64,000 bases of DNA from Octopus bimaculoides. Its lineage: Eukaryota. This document shows, piece after piece, positions 14,065 through 25,300 of this stretch. The DNA is taken from positions 80,237,805 through 80,301,804 of the forward strand of contig NC_068987.1 of the NCBI RefSeq assembly GCF_001194135.2, read 5' to 3'. A model generated the notes under the pieces. That model worked only from the letters and a program-made list of their open reading frames with translations, had not been told where the DNA came from and did not search any database. Each line of letters begins with the position of its first letter. Positions within the stretch are counted from its first letter, which is position 1. The position numbers were made by a program, and so were the translations under genes.

Positions 14065-14428
14065 TTGTTGTTGTTGGCACTCCGTCGCTTACGACGTCGA
14101 GGGTTCCAGTTGATCCGATCAATGGAACAGCCTACTCGTGAAACTAACGTGCAAGTGACTGAGCACTCCACAGACACGTGTAACCTTAACGTAGTTCTCG
14201 GGGATAATCATCGTGACACAGGGTGACAAGGCTGGCCCTTTGAATTACAGGCACAACAGAAACAGGAAGTAAGAGTGAGAGAAAGTTGTGGTGAAAGAGT
14301 ACAGCAGGGTTCACCACCATCCGCTGCCGGAGCCTCGTGAAGCTTTAGGTGTTTTCGCTCAATAAACACTCATAACGCCCGGTCTGGGAATNNNNNNNNN
14401 NCTAACCACTGGGCCATTGCGCCTCCAC
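14065..14428 (-). mobile_element. SINE family C with an 11-bp TSD
   Basis: TSD GG(T/C)CATGGTAG at 14054-14064 and 14429-14439; contains a 10-N gap. Confidence 0.85.
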
Positions 14429-14902
14429 GGCCATGGTAGAAATTAAAAGAAATAGTCATCACTTTTGAAATTGCTAAAAACAGGAAGTTCCTCTTTCGCC
14501 AAACCATTTAAATTTTTTCAATTTTCGCGTGAAAAGGAAAGTGAGGATAGCGAGGTAAGTGTTGCCTCGCAGCAAATTTGTTGAAAGGTGGATGACAGTG
14601 GTGAGCATAGTCAAGGCGTACGGGTATGCTCTGAACATACACACGTAGATGGGAGGAGGAAAGCTGGAAGAGGGTGTTTGCCTTAATGGTCAGGGTGACC
14701 GTCCCTTTTCGGGATTTCCTTGAGCAATCCTCGAATGTCTCCCTCTTTTGGGGGAATTATTCCTACTTTTAATATTTAAGAAAATATTCATTCTTTATAA
14801 TTTTTACTTTTTATACACTTTTACGTATCAGCAGTCTGTGTCGTCCTGTTTTTCATCAACAGTCATTGGTTAATAAAGAGACCATACTAATTATTATTAT
14901 TA

Positions 14903-15433
14903 CTGAGCGAGAGAACAGCACATGCCATCAAAGTGACGTTGGAGTACAAAGCTCAATATACCCATCTTGACTACCCGTCTGGTAAGGGTACACCTGGCAC
15001 ACGCATCACAACTATATGTGTGTGACATGATGATCTCATATCAAGATAAACAGCCCATGACCTTGCAGGTGGAACCGTGTTAGAATTTTCTTCAGGTCGA
15101 GTAGCCCATCCAGCTCAAAAGATCCCTGAATAAGGGTTGTTTAAGAATGCTGAACAAGACACATATATTCCCAGAGATGAATTATTCAAACCCCATAGAA
15201 TGCCTCTCAACACGTTGCTATGATGCTCCCCCACTAATTCTGCTCATGATGAGAGATGCACGTATCGTCAGCCACCAAGGGCCATACTCAACTGGTTAAG
15301 GTCAAACAACTGACTATCAAATCTCTGCTATTGAGCAGAATATTTGCTGTAGCCCGTCTTTTACAGCAAGACAATATATGTAATTGATAACATTTCCAAT
15401 CAGTTAAGATCAGAAGCTATGAGAGCCAGTGCC

Positions 15434-15435
<2 letters not shown>
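14903..15435 (+). repeat. Family D repeat, second copy
   Basis: Collinear with 12268-12810 and flanked by ATT repeats. Confidence 0.8.
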
Positions 15436-15490
<55 letters not shown>

Positions 15491-16637
15491 TACTACTACT
15501 ACCATTACTACTATTACTACTAGTAAAGGTGGTAGTGGTGGTGTTAATAATTGTAGCAGCCGCAGTTAACGAACGTTTGTTCAGCAAATGTACATGTTAG
15601 AATTATAAATATATTATGAATCACAAGATATATCTTTTCTCATATGTAAATATTAAGCTTTGAAAAATAAGTCATTTAGGGCTTAACTCATGGTGATATA
15701 AATTTTAAAGTTAATTCTCTGCGAAAAAATAGTCAACTATATGTATGAAAAATAATTTAAGATTAACTCGGGTAAATACACACGCATATGTCTGTATATC
15801 TAATGTGTATGTGTGTGCGTGTGTATGCTTGCCCGTGTGTTTCTGAATATATATAATAGTATATATACGTACATTAATACATATATATGTATATATGTAT
15901 GTAATATAATTTTTCTGAGCCTTCAGATTTTTCAATTGATATTAATCAAATTAATATTCAATTTTTCACCCTTATTATTTAAATCTATATATGTATAAGT
16001 GTATATACGTATAGGAACATATATATATGTTTGTATAAGAGTATATTAATATATATATATAAGTGAGAGGTATTAAGTTTATTCAATTTGTTATGATTAA
16101 ATTACTGTGGAGATCATTATGTAATATGCATTTTATGATGGAAATGGCTATATCGTTGTTATCATCCGTGTCTTCATACATAATATTTTATTTGTCACTC
16201 ACACGTTGTTGAAACTATTGTATATCACGGAATAAATGTCATAGCTGCAACTCCATTATTCACCTATATATCTTTACTTCATTTCAGTATCTAGGGCGGG
16301 CAGCCTATTATTGAGTTAATCGGACGGATAATCAATCGACATAATTGTTACTTTAATGTGGGACAAGTCTATGTGATGGATGCTATAAATGGTACAATAT
16401 CTAGTAAGCAGACACAGCTTTATGATGTTGCTTTTATCTTGAAATTTGCAGGGCAAAACTGATTGTCACAAACTGCGACGAAAGAAATTTAACAAACCAG
16501 TTTATGTATTTATGCATTCATTCATTAAGCAGTTATGTATATAGTTTGCATTTTGTTCGCAGTCGCTTATACTCCATGAAACGCTTCGGTCTAATGAGCA
16601 TGATCTATAAATATATATATATATATATAGATTATGA

Positions 16638-16681
<44 letters not shown>

Positions 16682-18183
16682 AAATTTTGGCCCAGTACTT
16701 TTCCCAGAATGAGTGCATGTTCTTCATAAAATTTATTTAAAGAAATAGAGAGAGAGAGAGAGAGAGTAATATCATATATGAATATCTGTTGATGTATTGA
16801 GAACATATAACGTACATGGTATATTGATTTGCGCTTATTACTCTACTTATAAACTTATAAAAGAGAGCAATTTTATTTTTCTCGTTCAATTCATATTTTT
16901 GTAAGTAAGCGTAAGTTTATGAATATATATGTGTGTGCGTGTGTGTGTAATCGCTAGTTAGAGAATATATATATTGGTTTTCTTTGTTATCGCCTTTCAG
17001 GAACTAAAAGACATCTATTGTACAGTTGGACTAAAGCTTAAATGTTTATTCAGGCTTTAACTTGTCTTTGAATTCTCTATTTTAAGTAACCGGACATAGC
17101 TTCTTTGAACTTGCTACTCCCTGGAATGTGTGTGCGTGTGCGCATGCGTGCATCTATATGTATACACGTTTTTATATCTATATTTATATATATATATATA
17201 TATATGCATATATGTATGTATGTATAGCTAATATAGCTGCCTTATTAGAGTTAATTAACTTCTTATTTCAAATATTCCAAATATTCTTTCATTCTATTCA
17301 TTTTTCTTTCCCTCCCCCTTTTTATAAAAAAAAAACATTTGATTTCAGATGGTCTCAAAACGGGTTTTATTTCTATTATGAATATTCATTATATTATCAA
17401 TGATGAATTTCATGGCAATCGGAGCTCTAAGGAAAATGTTGACATTTCATCACTTTAATTATATGAAACAAATTCTTAAATACTCATGCTTCTTAGTAGA
17501 AAAATATATATATATATATATATCTTCAATTTGCTATTACTATTAATATTACATACAATGGAAAAATATTCTAATATATGTATGCAATTAGAACACACAA
17601 TAAAAGTAATTTTAGTTTCATACTGGTGTGGAAATATGTTTGTATAAGCGTGTGTGCGTATGTCCGTGTATATGAATGCAATACCATTTTTGTTGTTGGA
17701 TTGCCGAGGCAAGAGACAAGCAGCACAGATAGTTTCAAAACAACAATGAAGCTGAAGGAATATGAAGTAATACGGAATGAAAATGTTGAAAGTTGAAAGT
17801 TAGTAAAAATATAACTGTAAATATAACAAGCGAAGATAACTCACAGATTGTTGATATATCGTTCACAAATATTAGCACCAACAGTACAAATTATTCAGTG
17901 CAAATCACACAGAAGTTCAAATCAATAAGATCAATAATAATAATAATAATAATAATAATAATCTTTTCTACTCTAGGCACAAGGCCCGAAACTTTTGGGG
18001 GGAGGGGGTACTAAGTCGATTAGATCGACCTCAGTGTTTCACTGGTACTTAATTTATCGACCCCGAAAGGATGAAAGGCAAAGTCGACCTCGGCGGCATT
18101 CGAAATCAGAACGCAAAGACGGATGAAATGCCGCAAAGCATTTTGGTGCGTGCTAACGATTCTGCCAAGTCGCCGCCTTGTTG

Positions 18184-18239
<56 letters not shown>

Positions 18240-18757
18240 NNNNNNNNNNNNNNNNNNNNNNNNNNNNNNNNNNNNNNNNNNNNNNNNNNNNNNNNNNNNN
18301 NNNNNNNNNNNNNNNNNNNNNNNNNNNNNNNNNNNNNNNNNNNNNNNNNNNNNNNNNNNNNNNNNNNNNNNNNNNNNNNNNNNNNNNNNNNNNNNNNNNN
18401 NNNNNNNNNNNNNNNNNNNNNNNNNNNNNNNNNNNNNNNNNNNNNNNNNNNNNNNNNNNNNNNNNNNNNNNNNNNNNNNNNNNNNNNNNNNNNNNNNNNN
18501 NNNNNNNNNNNNNNNNNNNNNNNNNNNNNNNNNNNNNNNNNNNNNNNTGAAATTTGCAGGGGGCGAATTAATCAATACCATTGATTTCAGTACTTTTATA
18601 AGTACTTGACTTTTATCGCCCTCATAGGAATAAAAAGCAAAATAGATATCCACGGTATTTGAACCGAAGATGTAAAGAGAAAGTCGGAACAAATACTGCA
18701 CGGAATTTCTTACCAACCTACAAACGATTCTACCTACCCGCCGATCTAATATCATTA

Positions 18758-18807
<50 letters not shown>

Positions 18808-18894
18808 AATAATAATAATAATAATGATAATAATAATAATGGTAATTATAATAATAATAGTAATGGTAATTATGATAACAATAGTAATGGTAAT

Positions 18895-18934
<40 letters not shown>

Positions 18935-19100
18935 GTGGGTTCAAATTCTGCCACAAGGGCAACTGGTACTTATTTTATCGACCCCGAAAGGATGAAAGGC
19001 AAAGTGGACCACGGCGAAATTTGGACTCCGAACGTAAAGACGAACGAAATGCCGCTAAGCATCTCACCCGGCGTGCTAACGATTCTTCCAGCTCGCCGCC

Positions 19101-19148
<48 letters not shown>

Positions 19149-20717
19149 GTAATAATAATAAGCATTATCAATAGCAACAATTTGTGGAAATTATCGATGA
19201 CGTGTTTGTCCGAATGGGATATTTTTGTGATGAGGAATGTTTCGTTCATGAAGCCTCGTTCTGGTGAAAGGTTTCAATTTTCTGTTTTTTTTTTAAGACG
19301 AGAAACAAAATGAAGAACAAAAGACTGAGTAGCAGATGGAGGAAGTGCATTATTAGCATATTCTGTAACCTTCCATGCATTTCGCAAAGGATATCAGTGA
19401 TGTAAATTAAGTGAAGTTGTTTTCTTCATCAGGAATCGAAAAACGATTTTGCTGGGTTGTCATCTCATTATAATAGCGTCCCGCAGTATCAGAAAATTTG
19501 GCAGATTATATATATTTACACAAATCCGGTAGCTTTTCATGTCCATTCCATCCTATAAAGAAAAATTGAAATATTACATACATATACACACACACACACG
19601 TATATATACTATTATTATCATCATTATTATCATTATTATTATTATTATTTTATAACAGTTTACATTCGGCTCCATGTAACTTAAAGCTACGTTGGCTCCT
19701 AAGACGAACCTCGCTCGTCAAGCATCTGAGTTTGGTTTACGGATAGTTATTCGTCAGAGGATATCAAATATACAGCAAGTTCTATACCAGGTAGTTTACC
19801 TACTACTGTATTATATTCCAAACAGTATTAACTTAAAATAGGTTATCACAAGGCAGGTGTTATTGATAGAAAATATGCCGCGTATATGTTTAACGACACT
19901 CCGTTTAAACTTGGATATTTCAATAAAGCGATACTAAATAAGAATAAAACTCTTTGTATAAAGCAAATGAAAATTGAATAAAATGTACATTACAAAATAG
20001 GAATAGCTCTGAAAATGCAGCGTAATGTATGAAAAAACTTTTCTGAGAGTCATAACTTCTTGTGAAAAGGCATTAAAACTTGCAGTTAAAAAAAACTGAA
20101 TTCTTAGGATATTTTTTCGTCGAGAATTTTTTCATGTTTAGAATTTATTTATGATTTCTGTAAGTTTATTCTTAGAGGTAACTCTATTTGACATTTATGC
20201 CTTTTATAAAATATCTTTTACTGTGAAACCTGATAAATGGGGATTGCATATAAGCTCGTCTCTACAAACGTTTACGTTCATGGGTAGTACAATGCATACC
20301 TATGCCAATTTAATATTACCACCAAACCTTCGGATGGCTCTTTCTGTTCCTTCCATCAGTCACGTAAGTCGTGAAAAATGCCATGGGCCCTACCCTTCCT
20401 CTGAATAAGTCATTTCAGAGACGATATCAGTATCTAATACAATAAATAACATGCTCAGTTCTGGGAAGAAAGTTCAAGAAATCGTTACAATAGTCACATG
20501 GTACGGTCGCAGTACAGCTGTACAATGCAAATTGGTTGACAGAAAAGTTACATCTTTTCGGTCTATTTATGAAAATCTCGAACTGGAAACTGACGGTGAG
20601 TATCACGATTATTCTTCCTAGATATCTACAATATCGACAATTTTGCTTACAGCAAATTTCAGCTGATCAGAAATATATTTACAGAAAAAAATACTTCATA
20701 GTTCGAAATTTTATTAA

Positions 20718-21358
20718 AAAAATAATAATGCTTGTAAACATATTAATGGTGACATAGAAAATAGAAACAGCGGTATTAATGCTTCTAATATATACAATAT
20801 AGACTGTAGTTCTGAGGTCTATACTAGCACAGACATTACTGATACGCCTGATGATGCTGAAATGAATGTGAATGATACTACAATTGAAGGATGGAGGGAT
20901 AATACCAGATATGATAACACATATAGTCGTAGTGGGATTAATATTAATAGAAATATTAATAATAATACGAATAATGGTATGAATATCAATAATATTAATA
21001 GTAGTAATTCTCCTAATTGCAGTTGTAGAGTTAAATTCCACTTTCCATTATTAGGCCGATGTCTAATCCAAAATGTAATCTATAAGTGTACAATCAAACT
21101 GTAGCTGGTAACTTTGTATATATAGGATGTTCACTAAATATGAAAAAACGTATTAATAACCATTTCTCATCTTTTATGCTCAAACATAAGACCAATTGTA
21201 CGTCCTTGTCTAGCAAGATTTGGGAACTGAAGGAAAGGAGATTCGAATTTAGCCTTAAATGGGATATTATAAGGAAAGCGCACCCTTATAGAGATAGTCG
21301 ATACGGTGCGAGGTGTGCTCTATGGAAACTTATGAAATTTTTAAGAGCAACATAATTA
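20718..21358 (+). mobile_element. Penelope-like element remnant: Asn/Asp-rich linker, CxC motif and frameshifted GIY-YIG endonuclease
   Basis: Frame open 20718-21104 ends CSCRVKFHFPLLGRCLIQNVIYKC. Shifted frame 21086-21355 reads YIGCSLNMKKRINNHFSSF...TSLSSKIWELK...LKWDIIRKAHPY, the typical PLE endonuclease pattern. Confidence 0.8.
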
Positions 21359-21518
21359 ATAATAGATTAGACTTAAGGGTATCACGCGTACATAGGGCCA
21401 CCCGTATATTTAAATATTTTCGAAATTAGCGTTTAAAGATGCTACACTTGAACCTGGATAAGAGAAATTAATTTTTAGTATCATAATCTGATGTGAACTT
21501 ACCCCCTAAGTATTATAT

Positions 21519-21621
21519 ATACACACACACATATATATATACACATACATATATATACACACATATATACACACACATACATACACACACACATACATAC
21601 ATACATACATACATACATACA

Positions 21622-21711
<90 letters not shown>

Positions 21712-21717
21712 TACATA

Positions 21718-21752
<35 letters not shown>
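21519..21752. repeat. Compound microsatellite (AC/ATAC/AT)
   Basis: Visible directly. One of dozens of AT, GT, AG, AAT and AGAT tracts (e.g. 1-46, 382-432, 1046-1142, 4512-4584, 15435-15490, 58360-58470). Confidence 0.95.
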
Positions 21753-21756
<4 letters not shown>

Positions 21757-22146
21757 AAGTACTTAAATACATACGCTTGAATACATCCCCGGAATATTAT
21801 AAACAATTCATATGAACACGAGGTCGACGTTAGCATCACAAACAATATATGATGATAGAAAATATATTAGCACTTTAAACATTCAAAAGTAAACATTTTA
21901 CGTATCGTGTCTCCGTATTATATGATTACTGCCTCGAGCGCCACATGTGATTCACTTACTTGGAATATTTTGAAGACAACCATAAACCAATTTTAAGCAA
22001 ATGTTTCAAGATAAAGTTGAAGACACAGCAACACATCGGTCGTTCTTTACTAGAGATGAGAACTGCATTTCTATCTCCATCAAGTTTGTTTCTGTCGCTC
22101 TTTTCCAAAAACTGCGTCCCCAAGACTTTCTTCATAGTTTTAATGA

Positions 22147-22314
22147 TTACCAATGGGAAAAGGCTTCATCAGAACTCATGTCTGTAGCTCCAGGTGAGAA
22201 TAGTTGATACCAGCCAACTGTATGCCTGCTCAAATCCAAATTTTCTAATTTTACCACGATTTCTCCAAGACAGACTTTCTTATCGAAAGTTTTCTGTTTT
22301 TCCCAAACGTTAAT
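22147..22314 (-). CDS. RIM-family terminal coding exon: C2B end and stop (INVWEKQKTFDKKVCLGEIVVKLENLDLSRHTVGWYQLFSPGATDMSSDEAFSHW*)
   Basis: Acceptor TATTTTTCTTGCAG, phase 0, 168 nt to TAA. LE-x-LDLS...GWY-x-LF matches the RIM C2B C-terminus. Confidence 0.93.
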   Translation of the reverse strand: MNVWEKQKTFDKKVCLGEIVVKLENLDLSRHTVGWYQLFSPGATDMSSDEAFSHW

Positions 22315-25300
22315 CTGCAAGAAAAATATATTGTATTATTTTTTTTATTTATTAGCATAATACTGTCGATTTTACAAAGGAAAAGTTATGGTCAGTTACA
22401 TGAGTTATACCTTGGACTTTGCAAGACACAAAGCTTTCAATCAAGTACTCCAAGAAATAAGTGCTATTTTAGAAAATAAGATCATAAACTTCAGTCAATA
22501 TTTACTTGAGACAATTTCCTTTACTGATATTGCCTTCAAGCATTACTATAAAATTTTGTATTTAATTATTTCAAATATAATGGATATTGTTTTAGAAAAT
22601 TTAAATGAATAATATTTACATTATTTACATTGACGGATATTTGTCGTCATCTTGTTTGTTGTTAACACAACATTTCGGCTGATATACCCTCCAGCCTTCT
22701 TCAGGTGTCTTGGGGAAATTTCGAACCTGCATTCTCATTCCGAAGGTATTTTTTGATGGTATTATTACTATTATTATTACTATTATTATTGTTCAGGTCA
22801 CCTCTTGGAATCGAACTCGGAATTTTGGGGTTAGTAGCCCGCACTCTTAACCACTACGCCATATGCCAATTAATTAATCGATTGTTTCATTAACTGATCG
22901 GTCAGTCATTCCACCAGCTAGATTTGCTAGTCTTTTCGTCACCATTCGTGACCTTATCAATTACACACCCACAAACATAGTAACAAAAGGATTTTGATCT
23001 AGCTGATTGATTGACTGATTGATTATTCGAACGATTAATTACACGATCGATTAGTTAATTGGTTAAGTGAGTAAGCAATCGACTTTTAATATTACAAGAA
23101 GTAAAATAGAACTATTGCATATGTTTATCATTGGCACAATGACCCTCCGAGATACAACACAATTTGTTAAAATACACGAGTTCCTATAAGAACCTTACAA
23201 ACCAAATACGAAAAATGAATAATTATTTATTCATAGAAAATACAATGAATGTCAAACATGTATTTAGGTCGATTAAATTAATTTGTAATGGATAGAAATT
23301 GAGTGAATTCAAATATTTAGAACGCTGGTACAAGCGAAATATTTTCCATTAAGCTTTCACCTTTAAGTGTCTTCCAAGAGCATTACAGGCAGAATATTTT
23401 ATCTTCTCTCTATAGCTTGGATTCACACCTTCTTTGTTCACGCTCGTTTTCTTCTTCTGCATCGTTTTATTTCCTTGCATCAGATATGTTTTCACATAGG
23501 TTTCTTTCAAATAGAAAAAGGATCGTAAAAGTTATTATCCGAAATAGCTTTTGGTATAAAGCAAGTTTTGAATAAATGGATAAATAGTGAGACAGAAGTG
23601 TGTTTAACTATCTACCATCCTAACTCAAAGCAGTAAGGTGAAGTAGTAATTAAACTGACACGGGATTGATGTCCATTCATGTTTATTCAACTCAAAATGT
23701 ACGCAGAAATATAGCACACACGCACACTCTCTCTCTCACTCTTTCTCCACTCTTTCTCCACACACACACTCACTCACTCACTATGTCATATTTGGTTACA
23801 AACAAAAGAAATCATATTCATACATTGTAACAGAGTTTACACGTTCATTTGGCTACAGGTGATGACATTCTGTCATTGTGAATTAGTAACTTTGGCGTTT
23901 TACAATGCGATACAAGAGATACATAAGACATATTTATATGTATACATGAACAAATCTATATCGCCGAAGGTAATATACAGAGATATATACATAACGGTAT
24001 TAAACTCTAAAGTCTATTCGCAACGTAATATCTTAAATTATTCGTTTTTGATCATAGAAAAAAAGAAATATGAATGCATTCATTCATCCGTTTTACCTTG
24101 TGGCACAGATTTGTCTGGTCTTGATAAACCATGAGCTGTGATTACACTGATTTCTAACTGACCCTTCGTAACTATAAAACCAAGTTTCATGCATCCTTTC
24201 GTTTCATCACCTACAGAGACAAAAATTAGATATTGTATTAGATAAATCATAAATAATATAACTCAATGCGCAGAACCGTATCTTCTGCAAATATATTTCG
24301 ATAACCAAATATTGTGAATGTATATATTTAATCAGTTATTGTGTCAAACGTGTCAAACGTAATCAAAGTGAAAAAATAAAATGAAACACACTAACCAATA
24401 TGAAAATGAACACAATATAATATATATCATTGGGACATAAAATACACATGTAAAAGAAAATATGTAGCGTGTTCAATTCTTTCATAGAAATCTCGCGCTT
24501 CCATGCAAATAAGATGCTGTCCGCCTCGATTTATTTGCTGTCTGTGTTCCTGCATGTTATGTTGGAGTTTTCGTCTTCCCAGTTAGCAATACTTTCAACA
24601 AGGATGTGCCATCCAACCAGGAGGAAGTTGAAACTTTCCGACACAGGCAACAATTACCGACGTATTCGAATATATATGCACACACAATCATACAAAGACA
24701 CATACATGCACACAAATTCACACACATACAAACACACTTAAGTATAAATACACATTGTTGTTGTTGGCACTCCGTCGCTTACGACGTCGAGGGTTCCAGT
24801 TGATCAAATCAACGAACAGCCTGCTCGTGAAATTAACTTGCAAATGGCTAAGTACTCCACAGACACTTTACGTAGTTCTCGGGGATATTTAACATGACAC
24901 AGTGTGACAAGGCTGACCCTTTGAATTACAGGCACAACAGAAACAGGAAGAAAGAGTGAGAGAAAGTTGTGGTAAAAGAGTATAGCAGGGTTCGCCACCA
25001 TCCCCTGCCGGAGCTTCGTGGAGCTTTAGGTGTTTTCGCTCAATAAACATTCACAACGCCCGGTCTGGGAATCGAAACCACGATCCTATGACCACGAGTC
25101 CGCTGCCCTAACCACTGGGCCATTGCACCTCCACCATAAATACACATATGCATACGCAAAGGAAAATGTACTCAATAGCTGAATTCCTGTTTACACATTC
25201 TCCATACGAAAATTCTGTGCGAATCAATGTCTAAAATTCATATCGATTTCTTCAACAAAATACTTACCTGGCTGTACAGCTTCGATCTGCCCTGGTCCTT

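Noticed and set aside
17700-17935. Short plus-strand frames rich in N-glycosylation sequons (KNITVNITSEDNSQIVDISFTNISTNSTNYS)
   Set aside because: Broken by stops and a 7-nt duplication, with no splice sites or family match; compatible with AT-rich chance.
21493-21845. ORFs rich in YI, HT, CV or poly-I/N
   Set aside because: Translations of microsatellites.
22795-22867. tRNA gene (also the heads of SINE families A-C)
   Set aside because: Acceptor and T stems do not pair properly and each continues into a repeat body, so these are tRNA-derived heads, not functional tRNAs.
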